This document shows, in pieces, positions 29,374 to 38,990 of a stretch of DNA of 64,000 nucleotides (position 1 is the stretch's first letter; every line of letters starts with the position of its first letter). Location: the IMG/VR virus record IMGVR_UViG_3300017698_000036, positions 64,001 through 128,000 of that record; one strand, written 5' to 3'. This DNA comes from a virus. The notes beneath the pieces were generated by a model. The model made no database searches, had not been told where the DNA came from, and saw only the letters and a list, made by a program, of their open reading frames with translations. The position numbers were made by a program, and so were the translations under genes.

Positions 29374-29961
29374 ATGACATGTATTATTGGTTTAGTAGAT
29401 AAAGACGGAAAGACTTACTTGGCTGGTGACAGTATGGGATATGCCAATGTTTCATGGGGAACCCCGGTATCCAATCCCAAGGTTTTCAAGGTAAAAGATA
29501 AACCCATTGTGTTGGGATACACTACAAGTTTTAGGATGGGCCAATTGTTGGAATTTCATCCTGAGATATTTCCAGATCTACATAGAGACAAAACTGAATA
29601 CACACGTGAATATATTATCAGGGAGGTAATTCCTAGATTACAGGGACTCTATAGAGAGTCTGGATGGGGTAAGAAAGATGGTGATGGGGCCGCAGATGGA
29701 GGAACTTTCCTAATTGGTGTCCCCGGAGCCGTTTATACCGTACAGGACAATTTTGCAGTACTGGAACATATCCATGGTTATGAGGCCTGTGGGTGTGGTT
29801 GTTACGCCGCCTGTGCCTCGGTAGCTACATCTTGTAAAAATGGTGTAGAGGATCCAAAAACGATCCTCAAGGCCGCCATGGAAGTTACCGTACAGTACTC
29901 TCCTGGGGTTCAACCTCCATTTCACTATGTAACAACAGATGGTGAGGCTGGAGAGTTGTAA
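29374..29961 (+). CDS. HslV/proteasome-beta-like Ntn peptidase
   Basis: MTCIIGL (Thr1 nucleophile after Met removal), AGDS, KVF, GGTFLIG. Confidence 0.7.
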   Translation: MTCIIGLVDKDGKTYLAGDSMGYANVSWGTPVSNPKVFKVKDKPIVLGYTTSFRMGQLLEFHPEIFPDLHRDKTEYTREYIIREVIPRLQGLYRESGWGKKDGDGAADGGTFLIGVPGAVYTVQDNFAVLEHIHGYEACGCGCYAACASVATSCKNGVEDPKTILKAAMEVTVQYSPGVQPPFHYVTTDGEAGEL

Positions 29962-30149
29962 TGGGGTTTATCAAATATTTACTAAAATCCATTTGGCGAT
30001 GGTTTAAGCAGTTGGGTTTCATTATTATAATATTTCCGTTCTTTCCAATATTGTGGGTTTATCTAATGCTGGCCGACAAGAAGGAGGAGTATGACAACCA
30101 TATTGCAAACGAGAAATTACACAAAAAAGATAAGTCTGGAGATTTGTGA
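29961..30149 (+). CDS. small membrane protein
   Basis: Hydrophobic LGFIIIIFPFFPILWVYLML; TAATG overlap with the previous gene. Confidence 0.5.
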   Translation: MGFIKYLLKSIWRWFKQLGFIIIIFPFFPILWVYLMLADKKEEYDNHIANEKLHKKDKSGDL

Positions 30150-30505
30150 TGATTATCAGGTTGCGTGAGTATGACAAGAAGGGCTTTAGAATGTTTACCA
30201 TTTTTGATACGGAGGGTATGGACTTGTATGTCTTCTTGGTTCAATTAAAGGCTCACTTAACGTCCAATTTGGTTACTTGGAGCGATTCAGAAGATAAGTG
30301 TCGTGTGTCAAAGATAGATTTTGATTATTTTGATCAAATAGCCGAAGAGTATGGTATGCGTGTTGATGAGCTAATTTGTGAGATAGAGGATATGGACTTT
30401 TGTGTATCTATCGACAACGTCGCACAGTTTGTTGTGATAGGTTGTTCAAGACCAACGTACAATGATGGTAAGCGCTCGCTATTTTCAGAGGTGTATCATG
30501 AATAG
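30146..30505 (+). CDS. hypothetical protein with NDGKRSLFS tail
   Basis: ATGA overlap with the previous gene; C-terminal motif. Confidence 0.6.
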   Translation: MMIIRLREYDKKGFRMFTIFDTEGMDLYVFLVQLKAHLTSNLVTWSDSEDKCRVSKIDFDYFDQIAEEYGMRVDELICEIEDMDFCVSIDNVAQFVVIGCSRPTYNDGKRSLFSEVYHE

Positions 30506-30845
30506 TTGGAGAGATAGATGTTTTATGTTGTATTACGAAGAAGAGCTCGGCCGAATGAACGCAGTAGTAAACATGACCAATTACAATGACTGGCCATTAA
30601 CTGAGGATAAGTTAATTAGGGATTGTCGATGGGCTTGGGATATGTTACAGTATTATAACGGGCCCGGTGTAAGATACCGTTCAGAGGCTCTAGATTATTT
30701 TAATTTAGAATTCAACTTCAACCTTTCAATTGAAGACCTGTTGGGTGATTCGTATTTTATAAAAGAACAAGATTCAGAGTTTTTGATTTATAAGATTGAA
30801 CCCAGTAATGACGGTAAACACTCACTATTTTCAGAGGTGTATTGA
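30498..30845 (+). CDS. hypothetical protein with NDGKHSLFS tail
   Basis: ATG 30498 after GAGGTG; C-terminal motif. Confidence 0.6.
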   Translation: MNSWRDRCFMLYYEEELGRMNAVVNMTNYNDWPLTEDKLIRDCRWAWDMLQYYNGPGVRYRSEALDYFNLEFNFNLSIEDLLGDSYFIKEQDSEFLIYKIEPSNDGKHSLFSEVY

Positions 30846-30846
30846 G

Positions 30847-31218
30847 ATGAACTTAGATAGGTATGGTATAGTGTTTAAAAGATACCAAGAGGAAACGCTC
30901 GAATGGACCTACTTCATATGTTCTAAGAGGGGTAGAGGTAGACGAAGATACTCTAAGCAAGGAGAGTGTTTGTGTGTTCTGAGAGAGATGATAAGAAATA
31001 TTTGTAAACGAAATGTATTGGAGGAGTTATACATTCCCTTTGACTGTTTTGATGCAATATGGGAAGAGTTTAATGAATATGAATTAAACGTTTCTGAGTT
31101 AATATGTGATGATATAGACATCAAACGTGACTGTTATGACGGTACTGGAATAACGTTTACGTATGGTGGATTCTTTATCCCCGATGATGGTAAACATTCA
31201 CTATTCTCTAAGTTTTAA
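30847..31218 (+). CDS. hypothetical protein with DDGKHSLFS tail
   Basis: ATG 30847 after GAGGTG; C-terminal motif. Confidence 0.6.
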   Translation: MNLDRYGIVFKRYQEETLEWTYFICSKRGRGRRRYSKQGECLCVLREMIRNICKRNVLEELYIPFDCFDAIWEEFNEYELNVSELICDDIDIKRDCYDGTGITFTYGGFFIPDDGKHSLFSKF

Positions 31219-31295
31219 ACAATTTATTGATAATAAGTGATAATTAAAACCATATTGAATGAGATAACTTATTTTATTAAGGAGAAGATATAAAG

Positions 31296-32246
31296 ATGGA
31301 TCTTAAAATTTCTAGAAATGGCTCAAAACTTATTACGGAAAGTGAAAATAAAAGTATTAAGTTAGATCGTGGTTTTGCAAAAAAGATTATGAAGTACTCG
31401 AAAGAGTTTAATGATGTATACCAAAGAATCGCAGATGATATCGACGACGGTGTACCTGTGGACAAGGGAGAGATGAGGGAACTTATTTACGCTCTCAGAC
31501 ATACGGAAGGTGATCATGCCAAATCTGCAAAGTCTTTGGGAAATAAGCTCTATAAGATGCGCATGAGTGACGGTCAACCCGAACCTGCTTCCACACCCAA
31601 CGTTCAAACTCAATTTGACACCCTTACACCTCAATCCGCCACTCCTCCTGTACAGGATAATGGTGGTGTACCTCCAACCCCTCCAGAGACTCCAGTAGCT
31701 GCAGTAGCTCTAGAAGAGGATAGACTAAAAGAGATTTACAGTACTGCCCTTAATGAGTTCGACCCCAGTGGTATGTTTCATGATTATACCGACAAGGATC
31801 CTAAGTTAGCTCAAAAGATCAAGGCTCGTGATACCGCCGCGAAGAGTGCCAAGTTGAGACAGAAGAAAAAGTCTAAGAATGACTGGAAGGCCGGCACTGA
31901 GCTTAAAGGTGGACTTCCTGGTGGACAAGGTGGAATCGATTGGGGTAAATTTGCAGAAGCCATGAAGATGATTCGTGAACATGAAACCTCTACTGGTAAA
32001 TTCTTAAATGAACAAGAAGCTGAGTCACTCTTTAGAGGCCTTTTTGAGAGATTCGAAAAGATGGGTAAGGTTCGTCGTGTTAAGGGCAAGGAAGAGGTTG
32101 ACGAAGGTTGTGGTTACAAGAAAGAAAAGATGGAAGAGGAAAATCCTGTTGATGAGGCCGCTGACACAACCCGTCGTGAGAAGAAGATCGAGAAAAGTGG
32201 TGTACCTCAAAGAAGAACTTCTGACTTCAACGAATCTAAAAAATAA
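31296..32246 (+). CDS. charged, low-complexity probable internal head protein
   Basis: SD AAGGAG; Pro-rich linker; multiple [LIV]xE sites (LITE, FLNE, EVDE, PVDE). Confidence 0.4.
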   Translation: MDLKISRNGSKLITESENKSIKLDRGFAKKIMKYSKEFNDVYQRIADDIDDGVPVDKGEMRELIYALRHTEGDHAKSAKSLGNKLYKMRMSDGQPEPASTPNVQTQFDTLTPQSATPPVQDNGGVPPTPPETPVAAVALEEDRLKEIYSTALNEFDPSGMFHDYTDKDPKLAQKIKARDTAAKSAKLRQKKKSKNDWKAGTELKGGLPGGQGGIDWGKFAEAMKMIREHETSTGKFLNEQEAESLFRGLFERFEKMGKVRRVKGKEEVDEGCGYKKEKMEEENPVDEAADTTRREKKIEKSGVPQRRTSDFNESKK

Positions 32247-32249
32247 TTC

Positions 32250-32317
32250 TTAAATTAATCCTTGACAACTGAATAAAAATGGGGTATAACTAAGTAAGGA
32301 AGGATAGATTTATCATG
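32250..32317 (+). promoter_or_regulatory. promoter+RBS module repeated at 62449-62516
   Basis: TTGACA (32262) N17 TATAAC. 49 bp are identical to 62449-62497, with only 3 mismatches over the 68 bp through the ATG. Confidence 0.9.
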
Positions 32318-32671
32318 ATTGTAACAACCGAACATATATTCGATGAAGTTAAGATTTACCCGTGGGATATATTGGATTGGGTTGAGGAGGGTCAAACTGA
32401 GTACGGTAATGATTTAAATCTCAGATATACCGATATAACACACTTACCCGACAATATGAAAGTTGATGGTTATTTAGATCTCAGAGGTACCAACATAGCT
32501 CAATTACCCGACAATCTGCGAGTCGAGTATGGATTAAACCTTGGAGATACAAATATAACTGACTTACCCGATGACCTGTATGTTGGTGGTAGTTTAACTC
32601 TCAGTAATACCAATATGGCTGACTTACCGGTACAGGATAGTGTGTTTGTTGGAATGGAGATATTCAGATGA
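32315..32671 (+). CDS. 20-aa LRR family protein, copy 2
   Basis: MIVTTEHIFDEVKIYPWD; ends VGMEIFR with an ATGA overlap. Confidence 0.8.
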   Translation: MIVTTEHIFDEVKIYPWDILDWVEEGQTEYGNDLNLRYTDITHLPDNMKVDGYLDLRGTNIAQLPDNLRVEYGLNLGDTNITDLPDDLYVGGSLTLSNTNMADLPVQDSVFVGMEIFR

Positions 32672-33033
32672 TTGTAACAACCGAACATATATTTGACGAG
32701 TGTGTACCTAGAGTTTACCCGTGGGATGTATTTGAAAACATTTATGAAGGTCAGACTAGGTATTGTAACGATATAGATTTTTATGATACCGGTATAACCC
32801 ATTTACCAGATAATATGATCTATGAGGGTCATTTAGATTTAGAAGATAATACTGACATAATTGAACTGCCTGATAACATGACGGTCGATGGCTATTTGGA
32901 CATTAGAAGAACCAAAATATCTAAACTGCCTAATCACTTAAAGGTTCGTTGTTGGTTAAATACTGAAGATACCGGTATATGTAGTATTCCGGATACTGTA
33001 GAGGTGGGAGGGGTGACATATCTTGATAATTAA
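32668..33033 (+). CDS. 20-aa LRR family protein, copy 3
   Basis: MIVTTEHIFDECVPRVYPWD; first 26 nt identical to copy 2. Confidence 0.8.
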   Translation: MIVTTEHIFDECVPRVYPWDVFENIYEGQTRYCNDIDFYDTGITHLPDNMIYEGHLDLEDNTDIIELPDNMTVDGYLDIRRTKISKLPNHLKVRCWLNTEDTGICSIPDTVEVGGVTYLDN

Positions 33034-33334
33034 AACAGCATTGACCAACAAGGATATTAGAAAAGAAAAGGTTCGTAAATGTTCCATACAATTGCTAAAA
33101 GACGCATACAGTATAGAGCCACCTAGGTATGACTGGACCTATGAACTGTGTAATATTGAATATATGGTGAGGGAGTTTAAACGGGAACATCACCGATACC
33201 CAAAGGACTTTTATGAGTTTTGGGATAAATCCGCGGATGTAGTACATTCCGACTCTCTATTTTGGCAATTTGAACTGGCTGATGACCCTCATTCGTTTTT
33301 ATCAACCTATGTATGGATTAACAGTTTATTGTAG
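33023..33334 (+). CDS. hypothetical protein
   Basis: TTG start after GGAGGGG; 103 aa. Confidence 0.45.
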   Translation: MIIKTALTNKDIRKEKVRKCSIQLLKDAYSIEPPRYDWTYELCNIEYMVREFKREHHRYPKDFYEFWDKSADVVHSDSLFWQFELADDPHSFLSTYVWINSLL

Positions 33335-33342
33335 GAGTTGTT

Positions 33343-33717
33343 ATGGGTCGTAAGAGAAAAAACTTTAAATACAAACTCCTATTAACTCACGATATAGAGT
33401 CGGAGTGTTCGTACATAAAGACAGTTACGTCTAAATATTTTACTAAGTATGAAGTGGGCGGAGTTGAGTATCTTGTCAGTAAGAGATTTTATGGTTTAAA
33501 GGGGGAATATGACGACGAGAAGACCGTCGGATATAGTACTCTGACTGGAGACTCCGTTTATGTGTTTGTCGATGAATGGTACATGTACCTGGAGACCTAT
33601 AACGACGATATGCATAAGATACTATCTGGACCTTGCAAAACATTCAACGATAAGGTAAAGAGGTTTATTCCGGTGGCCTTAAATAGAGCTGCGTTACTAA
33701 GGAAGTTTATAAAATGA
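33343..33717 (+). CDS. hypothetical protein
   Basis: SD AGGAG; 124 aa. Confidence 0.55.
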   Translation: MGRKRKNFKYKLLLTHDIESECSYIKTVTSKYFTKYEVGGVEYLVSKRFYGLKGEYDDEKTVGYSTLTGDSVYVFVDEWYMYLETYNDDMHKILSGPCKTFNDKVKRFIPVALNRAALLRKFIK

Positions 33718-34100
33718 AAACTGAAGCTCGTAAAACTACGGCCAATTACCTGGGTAAGTACGACATTAGAATATCCGGATATGCGATGGATATGTTTGAT
33801 ATACCTTATTCAGATTCGTCCAATTTTTACAAACTAAACCCATCAGATAGATTAGAGGTACTGTGTAAGGCGATCACCTATATATTGAGAGCCGGTAGCG
33901 AATATCGAGGTACACCAAGTTACTTAAAGGTAACATACTACGATTGTTATGACTGGCTTAATATGACTATAGCCAAGGTGTTAGCCAATATAGGTCCTAG
34001 TACTGATCTGTTGTGTGAGGACAATTACAATTTGGGTTATTTAAGATTCAGGCTTAAACCCGCAGATGATGGAAGGTTTTCTTTATTTTCTAAAAACTGA
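33714..34100 (+). CDS. hypothetical protein with DDGRFSLFS tail
   Basis: C-terminal motif; start overlaps the previous gene. Confidence 0.55.
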   Translation: MKTEARKTTANYLGKYDIRISGYAMDMFDIPYSDSSNFYKLNPSDRLEVLCKAITYILRAGSEYRGTPSYLKVTYYDCYDWLNMTIAKVLANIGPSTDLLCEDNYNLGYLRFRLKPADDGRFSLFSKN

Positions 34101-34117
34101 TTTTAGAGGAGGATATA

Positions 34118-34591
34118 TTGAGATTTATAAATTATGTTAAAAATAATAGTAAGTTGGAGTGGTTGGTCGATGACGTAGACAATCCAACTAGGATCATGTT
34201 TTGTTATCTAGGATCATATTCTAATCGATCCGGTACAGAAAAATGTCAGAAGTTCGTGGATAAGTATGGAGATAATAGGATCAAAAAGAAATTTCCCGTG
34301 TTTGAGGTAGATTTCGTATTTGATCACACTTGGTTATGGGAGTCATCTGCAGGTTGGGTATGTAAGGATGTTGACACCGATGAAGAGTTTAGGGTGTCTA
34401 TTGTAGACCAGGACGGTTTAATGGATAGGGTAGAACTCGTAAGAACAATAGAGGGAAACGGTGATGTCGACGACAAGAAAGTGTATCGTATGAAGGGTTT
34501 TTATCGTAAGAAGTCAAGTTATGTATACTTTATTCCGTTCGTTGGAAGTATAAATGAAGTATACAAACCAAAGGCACATCAATTATTTTAA
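34118..34591 (+). CDS. hypothetical protein ending in AHQLF
   Basis: TTG after GAGGAGG; 157 aa. Confidence 0.55.
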   Translation: MRFINYVKNNSKLEWLVDDVDNPTRIMFCYLGSYSNRSGTEKCQKFVDKYGDNRIKKKFPVFEVDFVFDHTWLWESSAGWVCKDVDTDEEFRVSIVDQDGLMDRVELVRTIEGNGDVDDKKVYRMKGFYRKKSSYVYFIPFVGSINEVYKPKAHQLF

Positions 34592-34609
34592 ATATAAGAG
34601 GTAGTATAT

Positions 34610-35314
34610 ATGGCATTTGATATTAGAGAACATTTTAAGAAAGAAGAGGTGTTGGACAAAGGGTATATTGAATTAACCGACGGCATGGTGAGTGATCCAT
34701 TGTTGAAGATAGTAAACTCCGCCAGGGTATCCTTTCAGAAGGAATCAACTGTATTAACTAAAAAGGATAAACAGTTGATTAACTATTTGTATGAACATAA
34801 ACACTTCAGCACATTCAGACATAGCTATTTTACGTTTAGAGTTGGTGCACCCCTGTTTTGTTTTAAGCAGTGGTGGAAGCATCAAATTGGAAGTGACTTT
34901 CTAGAACGCGATATCGGAGAAGTTCAAATGCCAGAGACGAACTGGAATGAGGTTAGTGGTAGATACGTGGAGTGGAAACCTGAATTCTATATACCTGCCG
35001 TGTGGAGAGGACAGAGTGATGATAACAAGCAGGGATCCTCTGATGTGGTAATTCATGTTGATGACTTTGAGGATAAGTGTAATCGTGACTATGATTACTA
35101 TAAAAGTCTATTGGATCGAGGGGTGGCTAAAGAGATGGCCCGTATGGTTCTCCCTCCCAATCTATACTCCGAGTGTATTTGGACTGTGTCGTTACAGGGA
35201 CTGCTATATTGGTTAGATCTAAGAAGCGACAGTCATGCTCAGTGGGAAATACGCCAATACGCCAATGCCATTGTCAGTCTCATGAGTGGAATGTTGGGGG
35301 ACATGGTGGAGTAA
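34610..35314 (+). CDS. thyX: flavin-dependent thymidylate synthase
   Basis: IVNSARVSF, LINYL..HKH.S.F.H, QWWKH, WNEVSGRY, GVAKEMARMVLP, HAQWEIRQYA. Confidence 0.93.
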   Translation: MAFDIREHFKKEEVLDKGYIELTDGMVSDPLLKIVNSARVSFQKESTVLTKKDKQLINYLYEHKHFSTFRHSYFTFRVGAPLFCFKQWWKHQIGSDFLERDIGEVQMPETNWNEVSGRYVEWKPEFYIPAVWRGQSDDNKQGSSDVVIHVDDFEDKCNRDYDYYKSLLDRGVAKEMARMVLPPNLYSECIWTVSLQGLLYWLDLRSDSHAQWEIRQYANAIVSLMSGMLGDMVE

Positions 35315-35721
35315 TGTCCAAAGATGATAATGAATTTGAGATCTATGCGGAGGGTCGTTACGGGGCCGTTCATTTCAATCTACAGGTTAATCTAAGGTGT
35401 GGGTTGGGAATGTATCACGGCCTCATGGAAACATTAACAAGATACGATGAGTATATACATTATCTTATCTGGAGTCGTAAGTTACAACGAGAAGAGTGGG
35501 ATACCATTAAGGATATGTATAACCTGAATGGTATGGACGTCGATAGAGTCCTAGAGTCTCAGGATGTATGTGGAGATAAGTTAGATATGGTAGCCCTTTT
35601 GGTTGGAGAAGATCATTTCGAGGTTGAGTTTGTGGTAGATAATATAGCCAAGTCATATAAATACTATACACCAAAGGATGATGGTCGACATTCTTTATTT
35701 TCGGTTACATACGATGCATAG
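35314..35721 (+). CDS. hypothetical protein with DDGRHSLFS tail
   Basis: TAATG overlap with thyX; C-terminal motif. Confidence 0.55.
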   Translation: MSKDDNEFEIYAEGRYGAVHFNLQVNLRCGLGMYHGLMETLTRYDEYIHYLIWSRKLQREEWDTIKDMYNLNGMDVDRVLESQDVCGDKLDMVALLVGEDHFEVEFVVDNIAKSYKYYTPKDDGRHSLFSVTYDA

Positions 35722-36613
35722 AAATAGTGTCAAATCCATTGTATTGGGGGCCACGTCTGAATCTATCAAGTATGCCATGAGTAATAATTCTCATGTGATA
35801 TATAGAAATGTAGACTATCCAGTTCAGTTTAATATTGATGATATAGACATTATGGAGACCAGTATGATGTTACTGTCTTTAGTGGGAAATCTTCACGAGG
35901 TAGAGAGACCAACCGTAACTTTGGATATGGTTAACTCTCGAATCAAATATGAAAACATTGGCCAGGAGATAGAGTTTGAGTATGAAGAGTTGAAAATATA
36001 TGATGACTCAATGATTCGAGAGTTGGCAGGAAAGACATACTCCGACGAAAGCTTTGAGTATCGTATTACGTATGAGTTTCTTGTTAACATAGGTCGTTTT
36101 CACTTGGCCGGTAAAGATTTTGACTTTGACGATTTTGGGTTTGACAGTATGGATATTGGTAAAAGCGTTAAGGGACGATCGTCAAATACGCTTAGTCGAA
36201 ACTGTGTAGTGGAGACAGAACGTTGTAGTATCGAGGATTTGTGTGTTACTCACGGTTTCAGGATAAATTGTATTGACTCACCACCTTTAACTGTGTATAA
36301 TGATGGTTGGGAAGATTTGATAGAGTGGGAAGAGACGCGATTTGATAGTTTGGGAGATGACTGGGAATCTATCAGAGCTCTTCAGAGATACTCAGACACA
36401 TTTACCAATATATTCACAGTTATACAGGCTGATGAGTACGATGAGTCTTGGATAGAAAAGTTCGAGGTGTTACTGTGTGAGTGTATAGTGGCTAAGACTT
36501 TAACCAAGGAGGTTGAGTTGACTGAATTGAGGGTGGAAAAGATTAGACTCAACAAGGTCTACGATAGTTTAAGAGAAGAGGTTGAGAGTTATGATAATGT
36601 GGAGGTTTTATGA
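35714..36613 (+). CDS. hypothetical protein with a degenerate Rossmann-like N-terminus
   Basis: SIVLGATSESIKYA resembles a beta-alpha dinucleotide-binding start without the full GxGxxG. Confidence 0.35.
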   Translation: MHRNSVKSIVLGATSESIKYAMSNNSHVIYRNVDYPVQFNIDDIDIMETSMMLLSLVGNLHEVERPTVTLDMVNSRIKYENIGQEIEFEYEELKIYDDSMIRELAGKTYSDESFEYRITYEFLVNIGRFHLAGKDFDFDDFGFDSMDIGKSVKGRSSNTLSRNCVVETERCSIEDLCVTHGFRINCIDSPPLTVYNDGWEDLIEWEETRFDSLGDDWESIRALQRYSDTFTNIFTVIQADEYDESWIEKFEVLLCECIVAKTLTKEVELTELRVEKIRLNKVYDSLREEVESYDNVEVL

Positions 36614-37728
36614 AGAAACCCATAAGTGTGTTTGATCACAAGTCTATAAGGTATAAAAATAACGTAGTTGGTATAATTCCAGTTAACGAAAACCATCTGG
36701 GTTTAAATTACCCATGGCCTGATTATATGATGCCGATTGACAAAGATTATACCTTGGTAGAGAACGCTGTGGTGACTCAATCTGTCTTGGGAGTAGATAG
36801 TATATGGATTGTAGCCTCTCCTAGTACTACAGGTTTATTAAAGGCTAGAGTTGGGGAGAACATACTTGACCCAACATCTTTAGACAGACTACAGGATGAG
36901 TTTCTTAGATCCACATTACTTGATAAGAGATCAGAGTGTATGAGAGAAACCAACTGGTGGACGTCGGAGATAAAGATAATACCTATATATTATATTAGTT
37001 TACCGAATTCAGATAGGTTGGCTGGTTTGGAGGGGTCTGATCTATGGAAGGTCATGTATGGGGCTTATACTCTTAACAATGTGTTACGTAAATTTACATC
37101 ATTTATGGAACCCAAGAAATATGTGGTTACCAATCCTTATGGTATCACTCCGATGTTGAAGTACTTTACTGATCGTAATAATCATGAAGTTTTAAAGCAG
37201 CTGCGAATGAGAATGGCCAACGGACGTCATCGTGGATATATCGGAAAGGGAGAAGGTAGGAGTCGGTCTGATCGGTCGGATAAGGATCAAATGTTGTTAT
37301 TTGTTGATGAAAGTGACAAAAGTGCAGTAGACGGTAATAGGCTAACGTTCTCTTTTGATAAAAAAATATGGGAAGAGATGAGAAAATATGTTTACAAAGA
37401 GTCTAAAACGTGCTATAACATTAATGATGACGGTAGTACCTCACTCATGACGTTTAAAGACTTTTTACCAACTGTCTCTAAACACTATAAGAGGGCCCAC
37501 CGATACACTATGTCTCCATATCACGAGATAAACTCGTATGAGGATTACTCTAGGTATATGGGATTTAGAGCCAGTTTGATGGAGAATGATGATAAATGTG
37601 ATAAGATGGATTTTAAACCTAATTATTACATGGAAGACTATCGTTTAGGTAGGTCAGGATGGGGAGAGAGGGACAACGATGTTGATGTTATTTTGTTTAA
37701 AAATCTATTTACTGGTGATTTTGTATAA
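36610..37728 (+). CDS. degenerate sugar-nucleotidyltransferase (GT-A/NTP_transferase)-like protein
   Basis: VVGIIPV......L..PWPDYMMPI...TLVENAV......GVDSIWIV pattern. Confidence 0.45.
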   Translation: MKKPISVFDHKSIRYKNNVVGIIPVNENHLGLNYPWPDYMMPIDKDYTLVENAVVTQSVLGVDSIWIVASPSTTGLLKARVGENILDPTSLDRLQDEFLRSTLLDKRSECMRETNWWTSEIKIIPIYYISLPNSDRLAGLEGSDLWKVMYGAYTLNNVLRKFTSFMEPKKYVVTNPYGITPMLKYFTDRNNHEVLKQLRMRMANGRHRGYIGKGEGRSRSDRSDKDQMLLFVDESDKSAVDGNRLTFSFDKKIWEEMRKYVYKESKTCYNINDDGSTSLMTFKDFLPTVSKHYKRAHRYTMSPYHEINSYEDYSRYMGFRASLMENDDKCDKMDFKPNYYMEDYRLGRSGWGERDNDVDVILFKNLFTGDFV

Positions 37729-37739
37729 GGAGAGTATAA

Positions 37740-37979
37740 GTGATGACCAATAAGAAAAATATAGGCTGGTATAAGAAACAAGTTAAGGAAGAGTTGACCG
37801 AGTGTCCCATCTGTAGGGGTTCGCTAAAGTTAAAACATGAACCAAAGACTGAATTCAATTGGCAGGGAAAGGTGGTTATCATTAAAGATCTGGAATTGTT
37901 GCAATGTATGGGTACTTGTGGTGAATCCTTTTACACTTTAGAGTCCGAAGCCAAAATGGAAATGATATTAAGGAAGTGA
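37740..37979 (+). CDS. YgiT/MqsA-type zinc finger protein
   Basis: CPICRG.L......FNWQGK.VIIKDL..LQC..TCGESFY. Confidence 0.7.
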   Translation: MMTNKKNIGWYKKQVKEELTECPICRGSLKLKHEPKTEFNWQGKVVIIKDLELLQCMGTCGESFYTLESEAKMEMILRK

Positions 37980-37982
37980 TAT

Positions 37983-38078
37983 ATGTCGTATCGATGTTGT
38001 AGTGAGTTTACAGATTGTGAGCTCAAAGTACATAATAAGTTAAAATTAGTTCCATTTCAAAGATTTCAACTATTTTAA
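37983..38078 (+). CDS. 31-aa peptide ending in RFQLF (absent from ORF track)
   Basis: MSYRCCSEFTDCELKVHNKLKLVPFQRFQLF; SD-like AGGAAG. Confidence 0.5.
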   Translation: MSYRCCSEFTDCELKVHNKLKLVPFQRFQLF

Positions 38079-38086
38079 AATAATCC

Positions 38087-38115
38087 TTGACAAGTCAATA
38101 AAAATCTGGTACAAT
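38087..38115 (+). promoter_or_regulatory. sigma70-type promoter
   Basis: TTGACA-N17-TACAAT. Confidence 0.7.
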
Positions 38116-38161
38116 TATATAAGAAGGTAAGTTTTGTTCGTTATCTAAGAAAGGAGACAGC

Positions 38162-38662
38162 ATGTTGGGATTTTTAGGTGGTGTATTTGGTTACTTAATA
38201 TTACTGTATATTGTGATCCATATAAGAGTAGCATATACGTCAGAAGTGGATGAGATAAATGAGCTTTTTAATCAAAGACGTGAAATTATTGAATATGCAT
38301 ATTTACTCAATCAAGAACCCGTTGTCGAAATGAAAGATCATGAAAGATTTCGTAAGTTTAGATTTCATAAAAATATAGACCTTCAATCTAGAGACAAAAG
38401 GTTTAAATTGGATATTGTCCATGAGGCCACAATGTTGAGTGGTAAATATCGTGACTATAAGAGTGAACGAATTCGTGAAACCACAAAGGCCTTATTTAAA
38501 CTGTATACAACCGCATATTTTAATCATAGAGAGGTTGTGAAAATATATGATGAGTTTTTAAAACAAAGAGTCAATAATGGTCATCAAACGCTAAAAGACT
38601 ATATGGTATTCCACAATTCAGATTATCCAGTTAGGGATTTCGATAAATTTCAACTGTTTTAA
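38162..38662 (+). CDS. N-terminally membrane-anchored protein ending in KFQLF
   Basis: TM MLGFLGGVFGYLILLYIVIHI; SD AAGGAG. Confidence 0.6.
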   Translation: MLGFLGGVFGYLILLYIVIHIRVAYTSEVDEINELFNQRREIIEYAYLLNQEPVVEMKDHERFRKFRFHKNIDLQSRDKRFKLDIVHEATMLSGKYRDYKSERIRETTKALFKLYTTAYFNHREVVKIYDEFLKQRVNNGHQTLKDYMVFHNSDYPVRDFDKFQLF

Positions 38663-38672
38663 GGTATTAATC

Positions 38673-38978
38673 ATGATTGTTAAAAAGAAGACCGAGTATG
38701 TTAAATCCCAAAAGGGTAGGTATTTCGAACCACCAAAGCGCCACCGCCAAATCACGTATGATAGGTTTACGGATCTTGGTTTAAGTTGTTATGATTGTGC
38801 GTATTTTAATGGAGTAGGCGAAGAGTGCACATGTTGGATTCGTCAGTGTAAACCAGGAGGCCTCCCCCAAGGTATGATTGCATCCATATTAGCTTGTTGT
38901 AATCTACCCAAAGCACTTTGTATACAGTTTAGATTAATGGCAACTGTTAAAATATATAAAGATTTTCAACTATTTTAA
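38673..38978 (+). CDS. Cys-rich hypothetical protein ending in DFQLF
   Basis: CYDCAYF...C.C pattern; C-terminal motif. Confidence 0.55.
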   Translation: MIVKKKTEYVKSQKGRYFEPPKRHRQITYDRFTDLGLSCYDCAYFNGVGEECTCWIRQCKPGGLPQGMIASILACCNLPKALCIQFRLMATVKIYKDFQLF

Positions 38979-38990
38979 AAGGAAGGATAT

